64,000 nucleotides of DNA from Malacoraja senta (taxonomy: Eukaryota): NCBI GenBank assembly GCA_038087875.1, contig CM075991.1, positions 8,744,001 to 8,808,000 on the forward strand, written 5' to 3'. Position 1 is the first letter of the stretch; each line of letters opens with the position of its first letter. Positions 50,422 through 63,249 of the stretch are shown piece after piece. A program made the translations under genes and the position numbers. The notes beneath the pieces were generated by a model, which saw nothing but the letters and a program-made list of their open reading frames with translations, was not told the origin of the DNA and searched no databases.

Positions 50422-51044
50422 TTAGAGATACAGCGCGGAAACAGGGTCCACCGGGTCCACGCCGGCCAGCGATCCCCGCACACTAACACTATCCTACACA
50501 CCCTAGGGGTGATTTTACATTTACACCAAGCCAATTCACCTACAGACCTGTACGTCTTTGGAGTGTGGGAGGAAGCCGAAGATCTCGGAGAAAACCCACG
50601 CAGGTCACGGGGAGAACGTACAAACTCCGTACAGACAGCACCCGTAGTCAGGATCGAACCCGGGTCGGACTACGAAACAAAGATTTGCACTGTAACTTGG
50701 TACAATAATAAATATAAACCTACACTTTAGAGTGACGCAGAGTAAGGCACCAACACACAGAGTTGCTGCCTTACAGCGCCAAAGACCCGGGTTCGATCCT
50801 GACTACGGGTGCTGTCTGTACGGAGTTTGTACGTTCTCCCCGTGACCTGCGTGGGTTTTCTCCTGGTTCTCTAGTTAGCTCCCACACTCCAAAGACGTAC
50901 AGGTTTGTAGGTTAATTGGCTTCAGTAAAAATGTAAATTGTCCCTGGTGTGTATAGGAGAGCGTTAGTGTGTGGCAATCGCTGGTCGGCGTGGACTCGGT
51001 GAACCAACGGGCCTGTTTCCGCGCTGTATCTCTAAACTAAACCA
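50422..51044. mobile_element. Head-to-head V-SINE pair: 50422-50666 (-) and 50758-51044 (+)
   Basis: Same family, opposite orientations. Confidence 0.8.
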
Positions 51045-51722
51045 ACCCTCATGTCAGCCAGGTCATTAAGGTTGATAGGCAGAGAATTACCAAAGGCCTC
51101 TAACCTTGCTGGATTTAGCTCAGGTACCACACGGTGACCAAAACAATCCAGCACACATAACCACTCCGCATCCTTGAGATATGTTACCATGCTAAAGCCC
51201 CAGTTTAAGTGTAAAATACTGTTTGCAACCCCTGGAACAACTGTTTACATTGGTGCCAAATGCAAAAAGCTACAGGGGATGTCATCCTAGCTTATTCCTG
51301 ACACTTAAGACAAGTTAAAGCCTTAGGGTGGGCCATCCTGAAGTCATTTTCTTTCTCTATGAGTAAAAGATAATTGAAGTTGACACTCATGTATTTCCTC
51401 CACAATGAAACATAATTATCGTGACAATTTGATCAGAGCGCTTGCATTGTGAGAGTACTATGATTTTTTTTTTGAAGGAACAGTTGTAGATGGTGACGAT
51501 CTAAAGTTTGGACAACTTAATTAACATGGAGGATTCTTGACGACTAACACTTGATATTCTATTGAGGCCTGACAATTCTTGACGGTACATCTATAATTTT
51601 CACGAGCAAAAACACATGGAAATTACATTGTAGAAAACAATTAACAGCAACACACTGTGTCAATTGAACAGAGCTTTGCTTGGAGGTTTGGTCATGCCAA
51701 ACAGATTAGATCACTAATGAAG

Positions 51723-52047
51723 GTAGACAAAAATGCTGGAGAAACTCAGCGGGTGCAGCAGCATCCATGGAGCGAAGGTAAATAGGCAACGTTTCGGGCC
51801 GAAACCCTTCTTCAGACTGATGTAGGGTGAGGAGAAGAAAGGAAAAAGGAAGAGGTGGAGCCCGAGGGCTGAGGGAGAGCTGAGAGGGGGAGGAGACAGC
51901 AAGGGCTACCGGAAATTGGAGAATTCAATGTTTATATGAAACGTTGCCTATTTCCTTCGCTCCATAGATGCTGCTGCACCCGCTGAGTTTCTCCAGCACT
52001 TTTGTCTACCTTCGATTTTCCAGCATCTGCAGTTCCTTCTTAAACTG
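51723..52047. mobile_element. Penelope-like insertion (P1), inverted, with 17-bp TSD
   Basis: TSD TTAGATCACTAATGAAG at 51706-22 and 52048-64. The minus arm has NIEFSNFR* and an intact hammerhead core. Confidence 0.82.
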
Positions 52048-52104
52048 TTAGATCACTAATGAAGTTTGGCTTGACTGTCCTGGGTTCAAATGATTAATTT
52101 TAAA

Positions 52105-52846
52105 GTCGGTGGGAGCGCTGTGAGACAGCTGCCCTGCCAGCAGCGTGTTAGTCATTTTCTACTTTTTTTGTTTTTTCACCAAGTACAATTGTGTGTTTTT
52201 AATGTGTCTTGTGTGGGGGGTGGTGTGGGGGGGGTAAGGGGGAAACCGCTTTCGGTCGCCTCCTCCACGGAGAGGCGACTTTTTCCATGTCGCCTCCCTC
52301 GCGGCCTATCACCAAGGATCGGTGCGGCCTTTCCCGGAGACGGGCCCGGAGCTTCATCAGCTGGTCGCGGCGTCCGGATCCCTCGTTGGGGATCCCCGGA
52401 GGAGAAGAGCTCCGACCCCCGACCCGCGGCCTACATCAACTAGAAGCCGCGGTCTGCGGTGCTTTTAACCGCGGGCGCGGCGGGGACTTACCATCCGGAG
52501 CGGGATCCCTCGCCGGGAATCCCTGGAGAAGAGCTCCGACTGCCGGCCAGCGGCCTACAACACCTTCAAGCCACCGTCTCCGGTAGGGAAGCACCGATTC
52601 GGGACTTACCTTGCCTGTACATCTGGCCGCCCGCCAGCGGCATCCGTGAGGTTCATGTTCCCGACCACGGGGAAAAAACGGAGGAGGACTGACTAAACTT
52701 TGTGCCTTCCACCACAGTGATGAATGCTGTGGTGGATGTTTTGTGTTACATTTTTATTGTGTATTGTGTGTTTTTTTTTATTGTGGCAAGTTCATTTCAC
52801 TGCACTTCATTGTGTATGTGATGAATAAATCTGACTATTGATTGAC
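52105..52846 (+). mobile_element. GC-rich non-autonomous retroelement, same family as 2610-3465
   Basis: Shares GGTCGCCTCCTCCA(C/T)GGAGAGGCGACT and the CCGCGGCCTAC..AGCCGCGG units. Confidence 0.7.
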
Positions 52847-52879
52847 TAATTAGTGAATTTTGTTTGCGTGATGCTTAAA

Positions 52880-53375
52880 GATTCATACAGCACGGAAACA
52901 AGCTCTTCGGCCCAACTTGCCCACACTGCCCCATCTACCCTAGTCCCACCTGCCTGCGTTTGCCAATATCCTTCTAATCCTTTTTTTATCCATGTACCTG
53001 TCTAAATGCCTTTTAAATGTTGTGATAGTTTCTGCCTCACCTACCTCCTCTGGCTGCTCGCTCCATATACCCACCACCCTCTGTGTGAAAATATTGCCCT
53101 CCAGATTCGTATCCAATCTTTTCCCTCTCACCTTAAACCTATGTCCTCTCTTTCATCATTCTCCTACTCTGGTTAAAATTCTCTGTGCATCCACCCTATC
53201 TATTCCTCTCATGATTTCATACACCTCTATAAGATCACCATCATCCTCCTGTGCTCAAGGAATACTGTCCTAGCCTGCCCAACCTCTCCCTAGATAGAGC
53301 TCATGCCCTCACATCTTGGCAACATCCTCGTAAATCTTCCTCTGCACTCTATCCAGCTTAACCACATCTTTCCTA
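52880..53375 (-). mobile_element. CR1 3' fragment
   Basis: Encodes RKDVVKLDRVQR..FTQRVVGIWS. Confidence 0.8.
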
Positions 53376-54221
53376 CAGTAATAATAGCATGTTGAGCCCT
53401 GGGCATGAAATCCTGAGTGCATTATAAGCGTTTTATGTCCATATGCTTCTAGATCCAGCAGATACTGATATGAATACATTTTGCCTTGCTTACCAAAAGG
53501 CTTAACTACTGGAAAAAATATTTTTCCACATTTGATGGTTAACGGAAAGTTAATCGTTGAGCAAAGACCAAGAGCAGCATAAGGGGTTTGGGGGAGAAGG
53601 CAGGAGAATGGGGTTGAGAGGGAAAAATAGGTCAGCCATGATTGATAGGTGGAGTGGACTTGATGGGCCGAATGGCCTAATTCTGCTCCGATCACTTCTG
53701 AACTTCTGAATTCAACCATTTGTGTTTCTTTTTTTTTTTTTTGTGCTTTTGAAATTGAATTCTGTCTTGATTTGTGTACTGTGTGTTTTTTATATTTAAT
53801 TTATTCCGATTATGTGTTTTGTATTTTTGTGATTCTATGCCTTGTAAGGTGTCCTTGGGTTTTAGAAAGGCGCCAGTAAATAAAATGAATTATTATTATT
53901 ATTAATATTATTATCTATTTACCTCCATGTGTCTCTTTGGGCTAACATGTGTGATCTGACATGGAAAATCTGCGGCTTTGCCTACGAAGCGAAAACTTCC
54001 CACAACTTCCTTTGTCCAAGGTTAAGGGCAATTCACAAGTCTTCAGCATCACAATGGAGCTACACCTCAGAAGCTCGGCTAACCAGGGAGTGTGTTAACA
54101 AACATATTGTGTGAGCAAAGATTGTACGATTTTTCTAAGGGGAAATTTTGAGTAACCTCTGCTCAGCCACATCCTGAAGGCCCAGATTTCAAGTCAATAT
54201 TTCAAGTTGGATGAACTTCCA

Positions 54222-54628
54222 TTTACACCTCACGCTGCCTCGGCAAGGCCAGCAGCATAATCAAGGACGAGTCGCACCAGGCCACTCCCTCTTCTCCCCT
54301 CTCCCATCAGGCAAAAGGTACAGAAGTGTGAAAACACACACCTCCAGATTCAGGGACAGTTTCTTCCCACCTGTTATCAGGCATCTGAAGCATCCTACCA
54401 CAACCAGAGAGCAGTCCTGAACTACTATCTACCTCTTTGGTGACCCTCGGACTATCCTTGATCGGACTTTGCTGACTTTACCTTGCACTTAAAGTCATTT
54501 CCTTATCATGTATCTATACAGTGTAAATGGCTCGATTGTAATCATGTATTGTCTTTCCGCTGACTGGATAGCACGCAACAAAAGCTTTTCACTGTACCTT
54601 GGGACATGTGACAATAAACTAAACTGTA
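54222..54628 (+). mobile_element. Rex1/Babar 3' fragment
   Basis: Encodes GHSLFSPLPSGKRYRSVKTHTSRFRDSFFP. The 3'UTR ends GTGACAATAAACTAAAC. Confidence 0.85.
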
Positions 54629-54664
54629 GACTGTTTTGTGAATCCCAAGCTAACATTTGTCCCT

Positions 54665-55117
54665 CGAGATGCTCATCGTACTCCGTGCTGTTGGACGTGG
54701 GCTACGACTGCAAGGAGCAGCCGTGGAAGACATCGACAGTGTCGCCAGGTCAGGCTGTCCACTGCAACTCTTAACCCAGTGCTGCCGCCAGGACAACAGG
54801 CCTTACGGCAAGGTTGTGTGTTCAAATCCCCCTCTGGAGAGTCTCAATATCCTATTCTGGAAATTGAAGTGGAGATGTCTCAACCGACTGCGAGACGGGG
54901 TCGGCGGGCAAGGGTGACAATGCACAAATGGGGCTACATCGAGGGTACAACAACCTGTGACTGTGGCACATAGACCCAGACAATGCAGCACCTACTGCAA
55001 TGCCATTGCTGGATAATCCATGGACTACTGCAAACCTTGTACGTAACACCCCAATAGCGCTACGATGTATACAGCAGTGGCGAGCCACCATAGAGCATAA
55101 GGACATGAAAGAAGAGG
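54665..55117 (+). mobile_element. Vingi/Ingi-like element, short or non-autonomous
   Basis: Encodes WRCLNRLRDGVG..MHKWGY..CDCG..QTMQHLLQCP and ends AAAGAAGA. The 5' boundary is uncertain. Confidence 0.65.
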
Positions 55118-55686
55118 ATGGGACAAAGACTATTTAGCAATCTGGAAGACAGTCTTGGTCTTCTAAATGCGATTTGAAACTGTGGCTCGTGGCTTCACCC
55201 AATGAGGTATTGCAGCAAATCCTCTATTCCCACGTTGATCATTTTATGGAGTAACACTGCCCTGATAAGGTTAGATGGAATGGTTCCAATCTTCTCCATG
55301 TTCATTAAAGCCCCATTAAACACGCCTTAATGCCACACAACCCAGCTCATAAAACTGTTAATAAAATGTCATTAATTGCAGAATGATATTTAAGATGTAT
55401 ATTGTTATTATACTTAATTAACCTCATTCATTTTGGAGATATTTTAAAAGAATCACAGTGTTGTTGGTCCTAATTGGCTTTAATCAGTGCCAATTAAAAA
55501 GCAACCATTCCACAAATTTACCAGACAATAGGCAGCAATGTTAGATTTTTCCAAGAGCAAAGCCTGGTCTTTGTCGAATTTATAAGACGGAACAGATGAA
55601 ATGTTGGACTTTTTTGTTGTAACAGGTAATGTCTTAATGGGGGTCACTAATAATCCTTAATGATTATTAGTGATAAACACAAAGAC

Positions 55687-55776
55687 AGACACAAAATGCT
55701 GGAGTAACTCAGCGGGACAGGCAGCATCTCAGGAGAGAAGGAATGGGTGACGTTTCGGTCGAGACCCTTCTTCAGC
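55687..55776 (-). mobile_element. Penelope-derived unit (P2)
   Basis: Reverse complement of 9239-9330. Confidence 0.7.
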
Positions 55777-56674
55777 CTGACATGGAATCAGCCTGCAGGA
55801 AGAGTCCTACTGTGTAGAGGCAAGGAGCAGGATATTAGACAATAGACAATAGACAATAGACATTAGGTGCAGGAGTAGGCCATTTGGCCCTTCGAGCCAG
55901 CACCGCCATTCAATGTGATCATGGCTGATCATCCCCAATCAGTACCCCGTTCCTGCCTTCTCCCCATATCCCCTGACTCCACTATTTTTAAGAGCCCTAT
56001 CTAGCTCTCTCTTGAAAGCATCCAGTGAACCTGCCTCCACCGCCCTCTGAGCAGAGAATTAAAGCTGACTGCCCAATGCTTCTCTGTTTATCTTCACCTC
56101 CTTCCCACTCATTTGTTCAACAATGAGCTCTAAGTTTTCTTGCGGACTGGCTGGGTCCAGCAATAATCCCAAAATATTCCCAACATTCGAATTACTCTCT
56201 CAATGTGGCGGTGAGGGAGACGGTGAGGAATCACAATCACGTTGTGGAGGTGTACCTGATAAGGAAAACAGGAAGAGCTGCACCTCTCCTCTCTTGTTTA
56301 TGTTTCATAAGGCATATGAGCAGAATGAGGCCATTCAACCCGTTGAGTCTACTCCGCCATTCAATCATGGCTGATCTATCTTTCACTCTCAACCCTATTC
56401 TCCTGCCTCCTCCCCCTAACCTTTGACACCCACTAATCAAGAATCTCTGCTTTAAAAATAGCCAAGGACTTGGCCTCTCAGCTGTATGTGGCAATGAATT
56501 CCACAGATTCACCAGCCTTAACGTCATGGTCGAACAATAGTATTGTCGCAACACTTTTTTTCCAATCAATATATCCCCCAGTACAAAGAATAAAATTAAC
56601 ACATTTAAAAAAAACCATATTATTTAAATGATATACACTAAATAATCTAAAAATATGAAAATCTATTTTTACCG

Positions 56675-57635
56675 GGTGGCACGGTGGAGCAATGGTAGAG
56701 TTGCTGCCTTACACTGCCAGCAACGGGGTTTGATCCTGACTACGGGTACTGTCTGTACGGGGTTTGTACATTCTCCCCGTGACCGCGTGGGTTTTCTCCG
56801 GGCGCTCCGGTTTCCTCCCACATTCCTAAGACGTGTAGGTTTGTAACTGTCACTGTATGTCATGTTGTTACTTGTGGGTGGAGCACCAAGGCAAATTCCT
56901 TGTATGTGAATACTTGGCCGATAAACGTACTTAACGGCCTGTCCCACCAGCATGCGATTGCATGCGCCTAGCGCGACCAAACGTGGTGGCTCGAGGCGTA
57001 CGGCCTCGCGGGGCCGGTCCCGCTTCCAACCGCGGAGACGTCTGGAGTTGTGCGGGGCTGGTCCCGACATCATACTCACCAATCAGCTGGGCAGGAGGCG
57101 GGCCGACTTAATTTGGACGTCGCACGGCGTCGGGCGGTTACGTCATCACGCAACGGCACGCCGGGCGGTGACGTCATCGCACAACGCCACGCGCTAGGCG
57201 TACGCCGTCAAGACGCTGCGTACGGCGTCGAGACGCTGCGTACGACATGGAGACGCTGCGCACGCCCCGTCGAGGCGCTGCGTACGGCCTCAATGCGGCT
57301 GCGGGCCGACAGGCCGTTGTCGCGCGGGATTTTTGGACAGTGTCAGTTTTTCGGAGCCCCGAGCGATGTCGGGACCAGCCCCGCACAACTCCGTACGGCT
57401 CCGGCGATTGAAGTGGGACCGGCCCCGCGAGGCCGTACGGCCCAAGCGACCACGTTAGCTCGCTAGCCGCATGCAGTCGCATGCTCGTGGGACAGGCCCT
57501 TTACTTACTTACTTTGTTGGTTAATTGGCTTAGGTAATAATAGTAAATTGTCCCAAGGACAGTGTTTGTGTGTGGGGATCGCTGGTCGGTGTAGACTCCG
57601 TGGGGCCACAGGGCCTGTTTCTGTGCTGTATCTTA
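56675..57635 (+). mobile_element. V-SINE containing a Rex1 3'UTR (56843-56930) that contains MITE E
   Basis: The SINE resumes GGTTAATTGGC at ~57519. Confidence 0.8.
56934..57500. mobile_element. MITE family E (same termini; GC-rich, near-palindromic)
   Basis: TIR NNGGCCTGTCCCACNAGCATGCGA with long internal inverted arms. TTA TSD. Confidence 0.88.
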
Positions 57636-58089
57636 AGTTAAGGTTCCTTCCATTTTTGTGCATAGTATGAGCCACACAGGACTGTGACGCCGCAGTAGAA
57701 TTCCACTCATCTCCCAGCGACTTCACAGCACGTAATCACAATGCTAAGTGGGGTAGAATAATAACAGACTCTGCAGAATCCCTTTGCCTAACAAGTAGTT
57801 TGCAAAGTTCAGCAGTATTCATGAGGCATGTTCATCACTCGCATAATTAAATCTATTAATTATTTTCCAATAGTAACATCATTAAGTTTATATTTTATGT
57901 GGTTGTTGTAGAATATTCATAATCAGTTTCCTCCCCACCTCCGCCAATGTCCTGACACATCTACAGTTTTGCAGGCTGCACATGTTATCCAAGCTGGTGT
58001 TCCCCTATTGTAATCATCCACCCTTGTATTTGTTTCCTGTTGCCCATCCCTTTGGTATCATGAATAAGCAAGAAGAGTTAATGTTCAAA

Positions 58090-58720
58090 AGTTCTAGGAG
58101 CAGAATTAGGCCGTTTGGCCCATCAAGTCCACTCCGCCATTCAATAGACAATAGACAATAGGTGCAGGAGTAGGCCATTTGGCCCTTCGAGCCAGCACCG
58201 CCATTCAATGTGATCATGGCTGATCATCCCCAATCAGTACCCCGTTCCTGCCTTCTCCCCATATCCCCTGACTCCGCTATTTTTAAGAGCCCTATCTAGC
58301 TCTCTCTTGAAAGCATCCAGAGAACCGGCCTCCACCGCCCTCTGAGGCAAATCATGGCTGATCTATCTTTCCCTCTCAACCCCATTCTCCTGCCTTCTCC
58401 CATAACCCCGACAACCTCACGAATCAAGAATCTATCAATCCCCAACTTTAAAATATCCATTGACTTGGCTTCCACAGCCTTCTGTGCCAATAATTTCCAC
58501 AGATTCACCACTCTCTGGTGAAAGAAATTCCTGCTCATCTCCTTTCAAAAGGTACGTCCTTTTATTCTGAGGCTGTAGTCCTCTGGTCCTAGACTCTCCC
58601 ACTGGTGGAAACATCTTCACCACATTCACTCTATCCAGGCCTTTCACTATTTGGTAAGTTTCAATGAGGTCCCCCCTCACCCTTCTAAACTCCAGCGAGT
58701 GCAGGACCAGTGACTTCAAA
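58090..58720 (-). mobile_element. CR1 3' fragment with a nested CR1 3' end (58143-58349)
   Basis: Encodes SLEFRRVRGDLIETYQIVKG. The nested piece has a (CTATTGT)n tail. Confidence 0.8.
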
Positions 58721-58736
58721 TGCTCATTATAGGTTA

Positions 58737-58936
58737 NNNNNNNNNNNNNNNNNNNNNNNNNNNNNNNNNNNNNNNNNNNNNNNNNNNNNNNNNNNNNNNN
58801 NNNNNNNNNNNNNNNNNNNNNNNNNNNNNNNNNNNNNNNNNNNNNNNNNNNNNNNNNNNNNNNNNNNNNNNNNNNNNNNNNNNNNNNNNNNNNNNNNNNN
58901 NNNNNNNNNNNNNNNNNNNNNNNNNNNNNNNNNNNN
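58737..58936. other. Assembly gap (200 N)
   Basis: Run of N. Confidence 1.
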
Positions 58937-59218
58937 GTATCAGGATGGACTTCAAATGCTCATGTGAATAATTCAATAAGAATTCTATTTTACTGAAAAA
59001 AAAAATTGATGATCTAAAATAAGTCAAGAATCAAAAGTGTTTTAATGTCATATATCCCAGATAGAACAATGAAATTCTTACTTGCACCAGCACAACAGAA
59101 TATGTAAACCCCCCGATTCCATATGTCTATCCATGTACTCATGAGGTGTTGCCCGATCTGCTGGGCTACTCCAACACTTTGTGTCCTCTTTATGTAAACC
59201 TGCATCTGCAGTTCCTGG

Positions 59219-59476
59219 TTTAGACTTTGGACTTTAGAAATACAGCATGGAAACAGGCCCTTCAGCCCACCGAGTTCGCACTGACCAGCGATCACCTGGT
59301 ACACTAGGGACAATTTATAAATTTTACCAAAGCCAATTAACCTACAAATTGGGAGGAGTGTGTGGGAGGAAACCGGAGCACCCGGAGAAAACCCATGAGG
59401 TCACAGGGAGAACGTACAAACTGTACAGACAGCATCTGGTCTCGGCCGCTGCAAGGCAGCAACTTCACCGTGCCAC
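59219..59476 (-). mobile_element. V-SINE
   Basis: Same family. Confidence 0.75.
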
Positions 59477-59557
59477 CCCATAAGTGTGTTTTAATCGCTT
59501 TTGTGCTGGATCTTAATCCAAGACAAAAGTGTCGAAGATAAAAGAAGAATCATGTTA

Positions 59558-59688
59558 GTCTGAAGAAGGGTCTCGACCCAAAATGCCGCCCATTCCTTCT
59601 CTCCAGAGATGCTGCCTGTCCCACTGAGTTACTCCAGCTTTTCCTGTCTATCTTCGGTTTAAACCAACATCTGCAGTTCCTTCTGACA
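59558..59688 (+). mobile_element. Penelope-derived unit (P2), core mutated
   Basis: AGTCTGAAGAAGGGTCTCGACCCAAAATG. Confidence 0.7.
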
Positions 59689-59965
59689 TATCACTTACTG
59701 AGCTTTGCCCCACCCCCACACCCACCTCTCTTTTCAAGCTTTCTCCTGCCCTCCTCCATTCAGTCTGAAGGGAAATATTATCAGTCCATCCCCTCCGCAG
59801 ATGCTGCCTGACCCACTGAGTTCCTCGAGCATTTTGTTTATTGGTCTCGTCAATACCGCTTTGCCCCGTGGAGCTGCCGTGACTAAACAACCCAACTCCC
59901 AGCCTGTTTGATTTGGTGTTCAGGATCCCTTAGCTTATATACACTCTGCCAAATTGCACACGTTG

Positions 59966-60381
59966 CTTAGCAGAAAGACCAGAGCATTTTATGAAGACAT
60001 GTACACCATTCATGGATTCATTACAAGGATAGTTTGGTGCAACACAACTTTGGAGTTAAATCTAATTACGGGTTGGGTGATGGGTGGGGAGGGACACGAG
60101 GCAAGTATATCATCACTTTTTGTTTTTCTTTCTGTTTTTGTCTTTTTATTTTTCTACGTCTTACTTATTTCTTTTACTTACTCGCTCTTTGGCGACACCA
60201 ATTTGGTAGTCTAAGGGTTCTATTCTTGCTCATCCATTTTTTCTCTCTCTTGCTCTTTCTCTCTTCTTCTTTCTCATCTTCAGCTAAAAATTAAAATTGA
60301 AACTGTACAATAACTGTATGATGTCATATGCCGCTGCTTATATTTTTGTACACTGCTACAAATAAATTTAAAAAAAAAAAA
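59966..60381 (+). mobile_element. L1-clade 3' fragment with poly(A) and 15-bp TSD
   Basis: Encodes LAERPEHFMKTCTPFMDSLQG*, similar to the 16909 copy. TSD AAATTGCACACGTTG / AAATTGCGCATGTTG. Confidence 0.75.
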
Positions 60382-61112
60382 AAATTGCGCATGTTGGGCG
60401 TACATGGACATGTCCAGCTTGATGCCTGACCTCACTGTCAAACATCCAGCAATTTGCAAAACCAAGGAGCACTATTTTTAGCGGCTGTGGGATTTGTGAC
60501 ATGAATGCGTTTTGAGTCATTCCCTCTCCATGCACAGTGCCAGACCCAAGTGTCACGTCCAGTGCAACATGTCCCTGTGATATTTTATCAGCCACAGCAG
60601 TTTAAACAGAGACATCAGCCAAGGTAGTGTGTAAGGTCAAAGCTCCAACCCGCCCGCATATCTTATTGAAGCACACACTCTACTAATGCAAGCAAGCATT
60701 TGTGTGATTGTTCAGACAATTTAACACCTTTGCTACCAGGGTCGTGCCACCTTCAGGAGGCAAGAGTCTCAATTTCAACAGTGACAGACCAGCACTAAAA
60801 AGTAGACACAAAAGGCTGGAGTAACTCAGTGGGACGGGCAGCAATAATGAGTTCTTCATCTCTCCACATCATCTACTTGATCTCTCTACATTATTGGCCA
60901 AGTACATGTGTATACTTGGCCAATAAACTTATTCATTCATTCAAGGACAAAGGATGATGCATGGAGATTTGAAGCGAGTTAGAATATTGTCAGCATGGTT
61001 TTGAATAAGGTGATGATTATGGATTCTACAAGGTGGGAGGGCATTCAAATGAAATAAAACAAAGAGCAGGGGGTCAAAGAAACAATAGAATTAAGCTTCC
61101 TGGGACTAAATA

Positions 61113-61506
61113 ATAGAAACATAGAAACATAGAAACATAGGTGCAGGAGTAGGCCACTCGGCCCTTCGAGCCTGCACCGCCATTCAATATGATCATGGCT
61201 GATCATCCAACTCAGTATCCTGTACCTGCCTTCTCTCCATACCCCCTGATCCCTTTAGCCACAAGGGCCACATCTAACTCTCTCTTAAATATAGCCAATG
61301 AACTGGCCTCAACTACCTTCTGTGGCAGAGAATTCGAGAGATTCACCACTCTCTGTGTGAAAAATGATTTTCTCATCTCGGTCCAAAAAGACTTCCCCCT
61401 TATCCTAAAACTGTGACCCCTTGTTCTGGACTTCCCCAACATCGGGAACAATCTTCCTGCATCTAGCCTGTCCAACCCCTTAAGAATCTTGTAAGTTTCT
61501 ATAAGA
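61113..61506 (-). mobile_element. CR1 3' fragment
   Basis: Encodes LIETYKILKGLDRLDAGRLFP..GEKAGTGY*. (CTATGTTT)n tail. Confidence 0.88.
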
Positions 61507-61688
61507 TAATGTGCTGGTGGAGGAATGACACCAGCAAACAGGGTCACACTGGAAGTTAATATATTTGTAAATATATGTATGGAATTGTTATATTGGTGGA
61601 GGCCATTTGGACAATCCATACCATGACAACTCTCTGCAAGAGAAATGTTGTAATTCCCATTCCTGGCTTTTGTTTAGACTTTTACACG

Positions 61689-62160
61689 TTAGAGATATAG
61701 CATGGAAACAGGCCCTTCGGCCCTTCGGCCCTTCGGTTCCTCGCTGACCTGCGATCACCCCATACACTAGTACTTTTCCACACACTTGGGACAATTTTAC
61801 AATCTTTACCGAAGCCAAATAACCAAGCAAACCTGGACGTCTTTGGGGTGTGGGAGGAGACCGGAGCTCCTGGAGAAAGCCCACGCAGGTCACGGGGAGA
61901 ACGTACACACTCCGTACAGACAGCACCTATAGTCAGGATTGGACCTGGGTCTCTGGTGCATGACGAAGGACATCGCGGTGACGCTGCGGTAGAGCGACTG
62001 CCTTGCAGACACCAGAGACCCAGGTTCAATCCTGACTACGGGTGCTGTCAGTGCGGAGTTTGCGCCGGTTACCTCCCACATTCGAAAGACGTGCAGGTTT
62101 GTAGGTTAATTGGCTTCTGTAAAAAGAAATAGCCGCTAGCGTGTAGGATGCGTTAGTGCA
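61689..62160. mobile_element. Head-to-head V-SINE pair
   Basis: 61689-61957 (-) and 61972-62160 (+). Confidence 0.75.
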
Positions 62161-62415
62161 ATGGAACGGAATATTTTATTGTCACAGGTGACTAGGCACA
62201 GTGAAATCCTTTGCTTCCATGACCAAGGTATACAAATAGTGGCCATCTACGGTGCTGACAACGTTACAAAGCATGCCGGCACCTCCTTTGTTCTCCCCCC
62301 CCCCCATACCGGTTCCTCCACACATATTGGTCCCCATTGTCCACTGTTTGCCCCCTCCCTCCCCATTGTCCTCCCTCACCCAGCCCCCCCCCCCCCCCCC
62401 GTGTACATAGTGCGT

Positions 62416-62781
62416 AGTTCAGTTTAGAGATACAACGCGGAAACAGGCCCTTCGGCCATCAGGCCCGCGCCGACCAGCGATCCCCGCACACTAACACTAT
62501 CCTACACACACTAGGGACAATTACATTTACATTTACCAAGTATTTCATTGTCCTATCTGGGACACATGACATTAAACTCTCTTGAACCTGAACTTGAATT
62601 AACCTGCAAACCTGTACGTCTTTGGAGTGTGGGAGGAAATCGAAGATCTGGGAGAAAACCCACGCAGATCACGGGGAGAACGGACAAACTCCGTACAGAC
62701 AGCACCCGGCGTGTGGATCGAACCTGGGTGTCCGGCACTGCATTCGCTGTAAGGCAGCAACTCTACCGCTGCGCCACCGTG
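62416..62781 (-). mobile_element. V-SINE
   Basis: Same family. Confidence 0.8.
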
Positions 62782-63249
62782 ACTGCCGGTGATACGCAGT
62801 GAACGGGTATTTGGTGGTCGCCATAGACTCGATGGGCTGAAGGGCCTGTTTATGAGCTGTGTCCTTAATCTAAAGCAAACTCAACTAAACTAGATTGGTT
62901 CTGAGCGTTTTCCACAGACTGCATTTGCCCTACTTCCTGGCAGCAGCTCTTCAAAGTGTTCTGTCTCAATCCAGATTCACACAAGCACAAAGTCAAACAG
63001 TAAATATTTACACAACGGCTCATTTTAATAATTTATTCAGCAACAATATCAAAAAGAAGCTATTTAACGGAAAGCGATTTTGCACCAAAGTAATTAGATT
63101 TCTCAAATAGGCTGCAGTTTCTCATTAAAATTTGGCCGCCCTCCACTGTGGCAATATATAGAACAATATCAGGCATGAACTGTCTCTGCTTCCCCTCCCC
63201 TGACCATAGTGGGATGGGTGAGGGTGGGTAAGGATGGTGTTTGGGCTAA

